From: an uncultured virus (IMG/VR IMGVR_UViG_3300030329_004627)
Lineage: Duplodnaviria; Heunggongvirae; Uroviricota; Caudoviricetes
Length of the DNA stretch: 64,000 nt
Strand: one strand, 5' to 3'
IMG/VR virus record: IMGVR_UViG_3300030329_004627
The notes below the pieces were generated by a model. It searched no databases, was not told the origin of the DNA, and saw only the letters and a program-made list of their open reading frames with translations. This document shows positions 1-9,120 of the stretch, piece by piece. The translations under genes were made by a program, and so were the position numbers. How positions within the stretch are numbered: the first letter of the stretch is position 1; every line of letters starts with the position of its first letter.

Positions 1-1182
1 ATCTATGGAGGCTCTTATGAGGACACTTCTGGTGTTACTGGTCGAAAAGAGTTGATGATGAATTTGACAAAGTTTATGAGCAGTGATTTTATAGGAACAG
101 TTAAGCAAAACCTTGAAACCGAAAATGATCTGCCTCCTGAATGGGTCGGTAATATCGAAGAAATTCTTAAGAGCGAATGTGCTTTAATCAGAGAAGACTG
201 GAATCCAAAATACGCTAATTGTAAAGTCGACTTTTATGTTAGAAATACAGGTGAGAATGACTGGTATGTTATTCCAGAAGGCAAAATATTGCTTACTTGG
301 GATGTGTCCGAGTGGAAGCAGCTTCCAAATGTAGTTCAAGGCCAGGACATTGCCGCATATTTAAATGAACATTATTACGATCCAGAAGGCGTTTCGGGCG
401 ATCTGTTCGATGAAGACAAAGGCGCAATTTATCGGGGCGGAACAGAAGAGCATCCAGAAATTGTTTGGCGTTGTGAGTTTAATAATCAACTAGTGCCTAA
501 CATGGGCGGTCAAAAAATAGTATTTGATGCTGACGGTTTTGAACATTTTTGTCAAGGTATCAACCAGCTTGATGATAAACGAGACATGTTTACGGCACTT
601 ATAGAACAATATGCAAAACAACAAGGTTGGCTTGAAGGTCATATGTATATGAGTTTAGCGCAAAAAATTGAGGATGACGAGATTGGATCTTACGAGTGGG
701 ATGTCGAATACGACAAAGAGCATTATACAGAGTCATACGAAGCATGGGCCACAGTATCTTATGATTTTGATCCCGAAGAATTAGGAATTGAACCAAGAAT
801 TTTGTTTGATCTCGTAGATCGTAGAGAGTTTGCGCTTCGTCTTAGGGGATACTTAACTGCGCTGGCTAGAGAATATTCAAGTACTGATTATTGGCTCTCT
901 ATTCGCGATAAGAGCGCAGTAGAAGTCGGAGGCGAAGTTCGCTATAGTATAGCTTTTAAAGTAGACGCAGACACCCCTGACGACCTTGTAGCGCAGTTTT
1001 TTGAACTAGTTACTGGCGATATGGATGACGAAGACGAAATTGCGAAGGCATTTATGGGTGCTTTACGAGAAGAAGCAGCAAAAAATGGTATTAAACTTAG
1101 CGGCCCTGCTCCGGCGCCCGAAAAACAACGTAACTTTGATGATCTTAAAGATCTCGGAGAAGTGTGGAGAAGATTTATATGA
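1..1182 (+). CDS. Acidic hypothetical protein, 5' partial (possible virion internal protein)
   Basis: Frame 1 is open from base 1. Very acidic; the C-terminus LKDLGEVWRRFI resembles the ENWR leader of the downstream genes. Confidence 0.75.
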   Translation: MYGGSYEDTSGVTGRKELMMNLTKFMSSDFIGTVKQNLETENDLPPEWVGNIEEILKSECALIREDWNPKYANCKVDFYVRNTGENDWYVIPEGKILLTWDVSEWKQLPNVVQGQDIAAYLNEHYYDPEGVSGDLFDEDKGAIYRGGTEEHPEIVWRCEFNNQLVPNMGGQKIVFDADGFEHFCQGINQLDDKRDMFTALIEQYAKQQGWLEGHMYMSLAQKIEDDEIGSYEWDVEYDKEHYTESYEAWATVSYDFDPEELGIEPRILFDLVDRREFALRLRGYLTALAREYSSTDYWLSIRDKSAVEVGGEVRYSIAFKVDADTPDDLVAQFFELVTGDMDDEDEIAKAFMGALREEAAKNGIKLSGPAPAPEKQRNFDDLKDLGEVWRRFI

Positions 1183-1991
1183 AACTCTTAATGGAAAATT
1201 GGAGAAATTATCAAAAAGATTTGTTGACAGAAGGTAAAATTTTTGATGCAATAAAAAATGGTTTCAAAAAGTTGATCGGAATTCCTGAAAAGCTTGACCA
1301 AATGGTTGAGCAAACAAAAGAAAATTTTAGAGCCAACATTAATAACAATCTTGAAATTTGGGCAGAATCTCCTGAAATGCAAAAAGCGGCTGAGGAAATT
1401 GCTGATAGTGTTTCGTACAGCTATGGCGATAATCTACAAGAAGCTCAGAATAAAAAAAGCTTTACGGTCGATGAACTAAGAGAGATGGGCGTCGGCCCTG
1501 AAACTATAGAACTAATTAAAATAAGCTCTGCTGAAGTGGTAGCTGACACGCTAATTTCAAGCGCAGAAGAAGCAGTTGGAAAAGTAGCGCCACCTGCAGT
1601 CAAAGATTGGTTAGTAAGATTTGTTTCTAAATTTATTGGCTCATTTGTATTTGGATTTATTGATAATTTTATTATGGTAGTTGCAGGTAGTCAAATTGAC
1701 GCTGTTATTGGCGGCGTGGTTGGTGGAGCAATTGGTAGCGCAGTTAACACAGCTATGCTAGCGGCTGGTCTTGGAAATACTTTATCAGATGCAATTGGAG
1801 AATTGGCCTCTAATTCAATCGAAAGTGCAATGGAAAAAATGGGACTTGATCCCCAAGCCGTTACAGATGAAGAGGTTGCTGCTGGGCCAATTTGGATGAG
1901 ATTTTTAGACAAGCAAGCTAGTGTTATTGGAATTATTTTAGGTTGTTTAGTTGGATTGTTTCCGTTATTTTTAGAAGAGGAAAAAAAATGA
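1179..1991 (+). CDS. TMEM65-like membrane protein with MKLLMENWR leader
   Basis: Start ATG 1179 overlaps the upstream stop (ATGA). FGFIDNFIMVVAG, AAGLGNTLSDAIG and IGIILGCLVGLFPL match TMEM65-family motifs as I recall them. Confidence 0.75.
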   Translation: MKLLMENWRNYQKDLLTEGKIFDAIKNGFKKLIGIPEKLDQMVEQTKENFRANINNNLEIWAESPEMQKAAEEIADSVSYSYGDNLQEAQNKKSFTVDELREMGVGPETIELIKISSAEVVADTLISSAEEAVGKVAPPAVKDWLVRFVSKFIGSFVFGFIDNFIMVVAGSQIDAVIGGVVGGAIGSAVNTAMLAAGLGNTLSDAIGELASNSIESAMEKMGLDPQAVTDEEVAAGPIWMRFLDKQASVIGIILGCLVGLFPLFLEEEKK

Positions 1992-2509
1992 AACTATTAA
2001 TTGAAAATTGGAGAAATTATATAAACGAAGAAATGGATGCTGATTCCGGCATGGCGCAAAGTCCAGAGGAATGGGTAAATGAATATGGTGAAAAAATCGC
2101 GAGACTCTTTATAGATAATGGAGCATATGGACTGTTCATGGCTGAAAACATAAGTACTCCACCAGAGTTTATGAATGAACTTAAAAAAATTATGAGTAAA
2201 GTAGCTAAACTTTTAGCAGTTGCTGAAACATCAAATTTTAGGTTGCTCCGACCAAGTTATCGACATCGCCCCGAGAGATATGTCTTAGAGATTAGAGAGG
2301 ATTTTAAAAAATTACTGGAGATGATTGCTCCTACGGCCGACGCACGAAAAGAATTAGTTGATCTTATGGGAGCCAGCGGCGGCGCTGGTCATTTGCAAAA
2401 TTTGGCTTTTTATGGTGAGGCCGCAAACAGAGGTTTGAAAATTCCTGAAGAATTAGTAACCAGCTTTGATGAGATGAAGAAATGGGTAGGAGATTATTCT
2501 TATAAATGA
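1988..2509 (+). CDS. Hypothetical protein with MKLLIENWRNYINE leader
   Basis: ATG 1988 overlaps the previous stop; shared leader motif. Confidence 0.8.
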   Translation: MKLLIENWRNYINEEMDADSGMAQSPEEWVNEYGEKIARLFIDNGAYGLFMAENISTPPEFMNELKKIMSKVAKLLAVAETSNFRLLRPSYRHRPERYVLEIREDFKKLLEMIAPTADARKELVDLMGASGGAGHLQNLAFYGEAANRGLKIPEELVTSFDEMKKWVGDYSYK

Positions 2510-3168
2510 AACTCTTAATGGAAAATTGGCGGAAGTTTTTAACTGAGATTAGTGTTTTTGAGAAAGACGCTGCAGTCAACACAGTTCTTGACAGGATGGG
2601 CAAAAGCGAATTCTATCCAGAAGTAGACGATGCTAGAGTATTTGTGAATAGACAAGCGGCTATGTTGATGGCGCGGGTGCCTATGGTGTGGCAAATGATT
2701 AAAGTTTTTAATCAAGACCCAGACATTACCGAACAAGATGTTCTTGAAATACTTTTACAAAGAGCACTCAAAGGCAGAACGTTTGAAGCGCTTACAAAAA
2801 GCGAACAAGAGTATATGGAAAAATACGGCTTAAAATATCCTGAAGAAAAAGAGGAGGAAGAAATAGAAATTCCTTCTTATTCTCGCGAAGATATTCCTCC
2901 TGAGTTAATGGATGCCGGCACCCAAGTGTTTATTCCAGATTATGCCAAACGAGGAGGCCTTATTCAAGAGAATAATGAAAAAGAAGGTAAAGTTACTGTA
3001 GCTGACGCATTATTATCCTTGACTCTAAATGCAAATATGCAAGGCGGTATCGGGCCACATATTCTCTTTAAAATGAATGATGAAGATTTAATGAAACAAA
3101 TCCAAGCTCATAATCATCGGAAAGATGAAGTTTCCGATGAAGAATTATATAATTATTTAAGGGGTTAA
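2506..3168 (+). CDS. Hypothetical protein with MKLLMENWRKFLTE leader
   Basis: 220-aa ORF; shared leader motif. Confidence 0.8.
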   Translation: MKLLMENWRKFLTEISVFEKDAAVNTVLDRMGKSEFYPEVDDARVFVNRQAAMLMARVPMVWQMIKVFNQDPDITEQDVLEILLQRALKGRTFEALTKSEQEYMEKYGLKYPEEKEEEEIEIPSYSREDIPPELMDAGTQVFIPDYAKRGGLIQENNEKEGKVTVADALLSLTLNANMQGGIGPHILFKMNDEDLMKQIQAHNHRKDEVSDEELYNYLRG

Positions 3169-3170
3169 TA

Positions 3171-3623
3171 ATGAAACTTTTACTTGAAAATTGGCGCGAA
3201 TATATAAATGAAGTGGCCATGGGACACGACATGGCAAAATCTATTGAATATACCGGATTTATTTTAGATAAAGGCTCACACCAAAAGTTAGCGCAGTTGG
3301 CGCCCGAAGGTTGGAAGGTCTATGCACACCACATGACAATGATTCCGCCGACTGAACAAAAGCAACGTTTGCCCACCGATCAGTTTTATGAAGGGTGTTT
3401 AACTGTCACTGGAATCGCTCAAAATGAGCGCGTTATTGCAGTAAGGGTTGACAGTGAGAGTCAAAACCTGTATAATAAGATTGAAGGCCTTCCACATGTT
3501 ACTATTGCTACCAATCCAGAAGCCGGCGGAAAGCCTGCAATGTCTAATGAATTTTCAGAGCAAGATTTTCAACCTATTGATCCTATTGAGATTTGTGGAA
3601 AGGTTGAAGAAGTTTTAAGATGA
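3171..3623 (+). CDS. 2H phosphoesterase (tRNA-ligase CPDase-like) with MKLLLENWR leader
   Basis: Two HxT motifs (HHMTM, PHVTIA) plus GGKPAMSN. Confidence 0.75.
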   Translation: MKLLLENWREYINEVAMGHDMAKSIEYTGFILDKGSHQKLAQLAPEGWKVYAHHMTMIPPTEQKQRLPTDQFYEGCLTVTGIAQNERVIAVRVDSESQNLYNKIEGLPHVTIATNPEAGGKPAMSNEFSEQDFQPIDPIEICGKVEEVLR

Positions 3624-4207
3624 AGCTCCTACTTGAAAATTGGAGAAAGTTTCTTAAAGAACAAAAAGGACAATACCAAATCTATTGTGATATGGATGGC
3701 GTGCTTGTTGATTTTGTTGCAGGAACTGTAGAGTACATTACTGAACAATTACAAGCCGGTGAGGCCGAAGAGCTAAAAGAAAAGATTGGCAGAGATTATG
3801 TAACCGAAGAAGACATTCATTACAGTAACCCAAATAAAAATAAACATATTAGAGTTTACATGTTCAAAGAACTTAAAAACCATGCAGATTTTTGGGAAAA
3901 CTTGCCATGGATGCCAGGAGGTAAGGAATTGTGGGATTTTATCTCTCAATTTGATCCTTATATTTTAACAGCACCCATGGGTTACGGTTCCGAGATTGGA
4001 AAACAAGCTTGGATTGATAAAAATCTACAACCTCCTCCTTCTAAAGTTTTTATGTCTCATGATAAGTTTAAATGGTCGGGATCAAATCATATTTTGATAG
4101 ACGACTTTACAAAAAACACAATTCCTTGGGAGCAGGCTGGAGGAATCGCAATTTTACACACCGACGCAGGAATTACTATCAAAAAGCTTGAAGAGCTTGG
4201 CCTTTAA
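3620..4207 (+). CDS. HAD 5'(3')-deoxyribonucleotidase-like protein with MKLLLENWR leader
   Basis: YCDMDGVLVDF, FWENLPWMPGG, ILTAP, ILIDD, WEQAGG. Confidence 0.85.
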   Translation: MKLLLENWRKFLKEQKGQYQIYCDMDGVLVDFVAGTVEYITEQLQAGEAEELKEKIGRDYVTEEDIHYSNPNKNKHIRVYMFKELKNHADFWENLPWMPGGKELWDFISQFDPYILTAPMGYGSEIGKQAWIDKNLQPPPSKVFMSHDKFKWSGSNHILIDDFTKNTIPWEQAGGIAILHTDAGITIKKLEELGL

Positions 4208-4234
4208 GTCTACTTACAAGTAGGAGAACTTATT

Positions 4235-4555
4235 ATGTCGGATAATCAAGGCTGGGAAACTTATTCTAAACTAGTAATACAACAACTAGAGACTCTTAAT
4301 GTCGGTATTGAAAGTATGCGTAAAGAGCTTCAAGATGTAAAGGAGCAAATTACAAAAATTAAAGCAAAAGAAGATCGATTAGAAGAACTTAAAGCCTGGA
4401 AAGACAAAATAGATGAGGTTGTCTCCCCCTCTCAGATGAAATATGCGATGAGAGAGCTAGAAAATTTAAGAACATTTAAAACAAAAGCTGTTACAATATT
4501 TGCAGTTGTTCAATTTGCAATGGCTGCCGCAGTTTTAGTCTCTAGATTTATTTGA
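4235..4555 (+). CDS. Coiled-coil protein with C-terminal TM helix (holin/XhlA-like architecture)
   Basis: SD AGGAGA; heptad pattern followed by a hydrophobic C-terminus. Function uncertain. Confidence 0.6.
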   Translation: MSDNQGWETYSKLVIQQLETLNVGIESMRKELQDVKEQITKIKAKEDRLEELKAWKDKIDEVVSPSQMKYAMRELENLRTFKTKAVTIFAVVQFAMAAAVLVSRFI

Positions 4556-4573
4556 TATTCTAGTTATTATACA

Positions 4574-4855
4574 ATGGCTAAAGATTCTGCTAAGCTTGTA
4601 AAACAGATTATTAAACAAATTTCTGGAAATGTAAGCCCTGAAGATGATTTAATACCTGAAGCTGCTATAAAAGGATCAGGAGACATATGGTGCTGGGATC
4701 CCGTTAGTAGGAGTCATAAAAAATTGTATCGGGGAGTAAAAATATACATTCTCCAAGAAAACTATGATTATCTAAGCCGAACTTTGATATATACATTTAA
4801 TGGAGACATGGTTTGTTTGGACCCGATAGATATATTGCACACAGGCTTTGATTGA
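4574..4855 (+). CDS. Hypothetical protein
   Basis: 93-aa ORF in the operon. Confidence 0.65.
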   Translation: MAKDSAKLVKQIIKQISGNVSPEDDLIPEAAIKGSGDIWCWDPVSRSHKKLYRGVKIYILQENYDYLSRTLIYTFNGDMVCLDPIDILHTGFD

Positions 4856-5007
4856 TGTTATTTAAATTTAATTTTTTTTGGAAAAGCATCGCTATAATAT
4901 TTGGTTTTTGGATTTTTTATGGCATTTGGGGATATGAACTAGCATCTATAACTTTATTATCTTTAATACTTTCGACAGTTTTAACCACTGAAACAAAATT
5001 ATTTTAA
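4855..5007 (+). CDS. Small membrane protein, 50 aa (not in ORF track)
   Basis: TGATG overlap; MLFKFNFFWKSIAIIFGFWIFYGIWGYELASITLLSLILSTVLTTETKLF; fills the gap. Confidence 0.6.
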   Translation: MLFKFNFFWKSIAIIFGFWIFYGIWGYELASITLLSLILSTVLTTETKLF

Positions 5008-5062
5008 ATAAACACAATAAGAGCATTTTTGCTTCTATTTACGTCAATGGTATCTTGTCAAA

Positions 5063-5341
5063 ATGAATAAAAAAAGCAATTTTGGAGATCTAACTTCTTG
5101 CAGCTTTAAAGTTGGCGATATTGTTGAGTGGTCTACTTGGAATAGAGACATAAATGACTGGGAAGCACATTATGGTATTGTAATGAATATAAAAAACGAA
5201 ATAAGGTCAGGAAGATTAGTGTCTATTTCAACAGTCAAGCCAGTCAATGATACATCTATGGAAATAGACTTTTTTACTGCAAGTTTAAAATTAATATCGA
5301 CCACACAGTCAGAGAGCTTAACAGATGTTATCGATTGTTGA
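5063..5341 (+). CDS. Small SH3/KOW-like hypothetical protein
   Basis: FKVGDIVEW...YGIVMNI pattern. Confidence 0.65.
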   Translation: MNKKSNFGDLTSCSFKVGDIVEWSTWNRDINDWEAHYGIVMNIKNEIRSGRLVSISTVKPVNDTSMEIDFFTASLKLISTTQSESLTDVIDC

Positions 5342-5666
5342 TCACATAGCCATACTTGTAGACGATTTAGAGGCCGCAGAAGAGTGGTATACCCAAAAAT
5401 TGGCCGGAAAAGTAACTTTTCGCGATACAAAATACATTAGAATAAGTATTTCCAATACAAACATAGCCTTAATAGATAAAAACCATTACCAGTATGCTCA
5501 TTTTGGCATTTTAGTAGAAAATAAAGAAGATTTACCTTTAGAAATGGGGGAAGTAGTTTATCATCGCGATGGAACGATTGGAGTTTATGTAAAAGACCCA
5601 TTTGGCAACTATTTAGAATATATTTGGTACTCTGACGAACAAAAAGAGGTATTTTTGGATGATTGA
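5325..5666 (+). CDS. VOC/glyoxalase family protein
   Basis: DHIAILVDDLEAAEEWY, HFGILV, YVKDPFGNYLE. Confidence 0.85.
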   Translation: MLSIVDHIAILVDDLEAAEEWYTQKLAGKVTFRDTKYIRISISNTNIALIDKNHYQYAHFGILVENKEDLPLEMGEVVYHRDGTIGVYVKDPFGNYLEYIWYSDEQKEVFLDD

Positions 5667-7062
5667 CGTTTTAAAACCATTAATTCAACAATTTATGCCG
5701 TTTGCGCAAGAAAAAATGGGATTTTCAAGGCCCCCTAAGTTATTTTTACGCCAAGATGAGCAAAATGCAGCAAATCCGATGGGAAAAACTGGATTTTATG
5801 ACCCAGAAAACGAATCTGTCACTTTATACATTACGGGAAGGCACCCAAAAGACATTATGCGCTCTTTAGCACATGAATTAATGCATCATACTCAAAAATG
5901 CAATGGTGAGTTTGATAATGTACAAAGTATGGGAGAACAAGGTTATGCGCAGAGTGATCCACATATGAGAAATATGGAAATACAAGCTTATCAAGCATCT
6001 ATTGTGTTTCGCGATTGGGAAGACAGCACAAAAGGTACTATTTATTATGAACATTTACAAAAAGGAGATAAAAGTTCAATGTCTACAAAAGATTGGAAAA
6101 ACGAGGAGCTAAAAAGTCTCCTTGCTGAGAACTGGGGTTTCAAAATGGATCTCAGCAAATTAAATAAAGAAGAAACACATAAAAAAGTTTTAAATGAAGA
6201 CAATAATCAGATTTTTGCACCTAATCATTATTGCGTGCATCATGGCGGTGTTCATCACAATGGCTCTATTGAAATGGCAGAAGCCGTAAATCATAATTAC
6301 AATGAAAAGCTTGGTCGTGTTACACACTATGACATGAAACTTTCTGATGGTACTATTTTAGAGAACGTTGCTGCCGAAGACATTCAAGTTACAAATGCTA
6401 GTTTAGCTGAAGCTCATGATTCGCCAGGTAAGCGCGATGACGATGCAAAACCAGATTATATTGATTTAGATAAAGATGGCGACAAAGAAGAGCCAATGAA
6501 AAAGGCGGCTAAAGATAGAGATGCCGGAAGAACTGGTTCTGGTGTCGATCATGGTGGCGATGATGATGAAGAAGCGAAAAAAGAAACAGAAGGTAAAGCT
6601 GACAGCAAGCGCGAGCTTGAAGAGTATGCTTCAAAGCGCGATGGAGAATCTAAAGGCGATAAAGGCAAAGACAAGGAAGATCCAAAAGATCGTGATTATA
6701 GTGGACATGGAATGCGCAAAGGCGATAAGTCTGACACACATAAAGGCGAGAAAGACGACACAACTAAGAAAGGCGAAAAACTTAAGCACAGCGGCAAAGG
6801 ACGTGGTGAAAAGAAAGGTGATGAAGCATACATTAACGAAGATGATATGAGCCCTGGAGCCCACAAGGCTGCAGCTAAAAGAGATTATCCAGAACCTTCT
6901 TTAGAAGAAGATGGCGCAAAAAGAAAAGATGATCCGAGGCTGCGTAGACCAGATGCAGATCGTCTTCGTGAAAATGTTGTGAAACTACGTAAGGCGGGAT
7001 TTTCAAAAACTCAGATTAAAGAGTTTTTAGGCAACGCTTATAGCAAAGCTTTAAAGGGATAA
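5659..7062 (+). CDS. HEXXH zincin-like domain plus charged scaffold-like region
   Basis: RSLAHELMHH; D/E/K-rich C-terminal half containing DLDKDGDKEE; probable internal start at 6079. Confidence 0.75.
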   Translation: MIDVLKPLIQQFMPFAQEKMGFSRPPKLFLRQDEQNAANPMGKTGFYDPENESVTLYITGRHPKDIMRSLAHELMHHTQKCNGEFDNVQSMGEQGYAQSDPHMRNMEIQAYQASIVFRDWEDSTKGTIYYEHLQKGDKSSMSTKDWKNEELKSLLAENWGFKMDLSKLNKEETHKKVLNEDNNQIFAPNHYCVHHGGVHHNGSIEMAEAVNHNYNEKLGRVTHYDMKLSDGTILENVAAEDIQVTNASLAEAHDSPGKRDDDAKPDYIDLDKDGDKEEPMKKAAKDRDAGRTGSGVDHGGDDDEEAKKETEGKADSKRELEEYASKRDGESKGDKGKDKEDPKDRDYSGHGMRKGDKSDTHKGEKDDTTKKGEKLKHSGKGRGEKKGDEAYINEDDMSPGAHKAAAKRDYPEPSLEEDGAKRKDDPRLRRPDADRLRENVVKLRKAGFSKTQIKEFLGNAYSKALKG

Positions 7063-7065
7063 ATT

Positions 7066-9120
7066 ATGGGTGGTGCCGCTGGGCATATGAATCACCCATT
7101 CGATTTAGATTGGGTTAAAAGCGGTTCTGACCTTTTAGATTTTTTCAATCGAGCAAAAACCTTTGTTGAAGAAGCAAGAGGCGGGAGCGTCAAGATTGAC
7201 GGCGTGAACGTGTCTTTTAAGGTGGTCGAAACACCTAATGGGCACGAGTTCGCTGTTGATCGTGGCTCTATGAAAGAAATTGACATTAGCGGAATTACCG
7301 TAGACAGATTCGCTGAAAGATTTCCACCTGGGCACGGAATGCGCAGATTTGTTGCGCAACTTTTAACTATTCTTAATGCAGCTATTGGTGAAGTAGAGCC
7401 CGAACTTAAAGCTTTAGGAATGTGGGATGATCCATCCATGTTTCTTAACACTGAATACGTTGAAGGCAAGACTAACGTTACTCAATACGATGAGAACTTT
7501 CTTGCTATTCATGGCTTAAATCAATTTTACCAACGTGTAGCAAAATCGGGCGCTAGCAAAGGCAATGTGCGACCAGGTGCAGAGCGCCCTACCATGGTCA
7601 ATCCAAAAAATGGCAAAGAGGTGCCAATTAAAGATCCCAGCAGAGAAGTACCTTATGATCCAGCAGTTATGGCCACGCTGATTGAAAAACTTCGTCCTTA
7701 CGGTGAAGAGTATGGTTTTCAAATTTATGGCGATGTCCCGACAGAGGCAATGGCAGATGTAGACTATACAGGTGCTTTATCAGAACCATTATCTATTAAA
7801 ATCTCAGACGATCGAACAATTAAAAAATCTTTGGGGGAATGGCTTCAAGAAGCACGTAATCCCGGCTATAGATCTATGAAAGTGCGCATTATTGATGATA
7901 ATGGAGATGTTAAGACTATGACATGGCACCCTCTTCATAAAGATCTTTATAAGACACTTTCCAGCGGTAAACAGTCGGTTGTCGACACAGTAGATGAACA
8001 AGACGCCGAAGACGCCATTTATGGCACAGTGTTTATGCATGCCGCACGAATGCTTGGAAATGAAATGTTAAAGGCTCTAACTAGTCCTATGGGCGATGTA
8101 ATCAACCATGAAGGGGTAGTACTCCGAGACGAAGAAGCATTTGGCACCACAAAGCCTGTTAAAATTACAGGCGAGTTTATTATTGGAGGCACAGCTTCTG
8201 ATTTTCAAAAAGCTAGTGGTGCGCCAGTTATTATGAAAGAACAGGAAGAAGATGAAGATCCTGTTGTTGATATTGAATTTGAAGATGAGCCGGCTCAAGG
8301 TGAAACAGTTGCGATCGTTCCTGGTGCTTTTAAGCCGCCACACATGGGGCATGTAGACATGGTTGAGCAGTATGCACAAGGCGCCGATCGAGTTGTCGTT
8401 TTGATTTCTGCTCCTACTAAAAGTGGTAGAAAATTACCAAATGGTCGAGAAATTACAGCAGAAGATTCAGAAAAAATTTGGAATCTATTCGTAGGCTCTA
8501 ATCCAAAAGTAGAAGTTTATAAATCCTCTCACGCTTCCCCAATAAACGCAGCTTATGAAATTACTGGAAAAGCAGGTATGCGAGAAAAGGTTGCAGAAAA
8601 AATGGGTATGGATCCTATTAGCGCTGGAGATACAATTATTTTAGGTGCTAGCAACAAGGGCGGAGATGCAAAACGCTGGACTGGCGCCGAACGATACGTA
8701 GGGGACGATTTAAATCTTATTTCACCTATGGAAAGTGCTGTTGAGCCGTTAATGCGCGCCAATGGCGAACCTTTTAGCGCTACAGACATGAGAAATCTTT
8801 TAGGAGATACTCTTGCTAATGTAGATGCGTTAAGAGATTTCGCTGGTGATAATGTTAACGATGTTTTAGCAATTTTAGGCGTACAATCTTTAGAAGAAAC
8901 TTCAACTATGGCTGGCGGAAGCGTTCAGGGTGCCGCAGTAAGTTCTAAAGGCAAAGGACCATGGGCCAACAGCAAAGAAATTAAAAAAGATAACGAAGAA
9001 GAAGAAAAAAGACAAAGGCTTGATACTAGAGGCGCTTTAGCTTCATTAGAAGAAAAAATTGATTTAAGCTTGGTTGACGAAGTTATGAGACTAATTATGA
9101 CAAGAGGCATTTTACAATGA
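7066..9120 (+). CDS. RNA-ligase-like nucleotidyltransferase domain fused to HxGH cytidylyltransferase-like domain
   Basis: N-half: VKIDGVN, NTEYV, HEGVVLR, PVKIT. C-half: PGAFKPPHMGH and FSATDMR. Confidence 0.65.
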   Translation: MGGAAGHMNHPFDLDWVKSGSDLLDFFNRAKTFVEEARGGSVKIDGVNVSFKVVETPNGHEFAVDRGSMKEIDISGITVDRFAERFPPGHGMRRFVAQLLTILNAAIGEVEPELKALGMWDDPSMFLNTEYVEGKTNVTQYDENFLAIHGLNQFYQRVAKSGASKGNVRPGAERPTMVNPKNGKEVPIKDPSREVPYDPAVMATLIEKLRPYGEEYGFQIYGDVPTEAMADVDYTGALSEPLSIKISDDRTIKKSLGEWLQEARNPGYRSMKVRIIDDNGDVKTMTWHPLHKDLYKTLSSGKQSVVDTVDEQDAEDAIYGTVFMHAARMLGNEMLKALTSPMGDVINHEGVVLRDEEAFGTTKPVKITGEFIIGGTASDFQKASGAPVIMKEQEEDEDPVVDIEFEDEPAQGETVAIVPGAFKPPHMGHVDMVEQYAQGADRVVVLISAPTKSGRKLPNGREITAEDSEKIWNLFVGSNPKVEVYKSSHASPINAAYEITGKAGMREKVAEKMGMDPISAGDTIILGASNKGGDAKRWTGAERYVGDDLNLISPMESAVEPLMRANGEPFSATDMRNLLGDTLANVDALRDFAGDNVNDVLAILGVQSLEETSTMAGGSVQGAAVSSKGKGPWANSKEIKKDNEEEEKRQRLDTRGALASLEEKIDLSLVDEVMRLIMTRGILQ

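Noticed and set aside
1179..3650. Repeated ~25-30 nt sequences as a CRISPR array or attC-like cassette sites
   Set aside because: The repeats are coding gene starts with synonymous variation, are spaced by whole genes and are not palindromic.
6600..6840. KGDK/KGEK repeats as a DNA tandem repeat
   Set aside because: This is protein-level low complexity with divergent codons inside a CDS.
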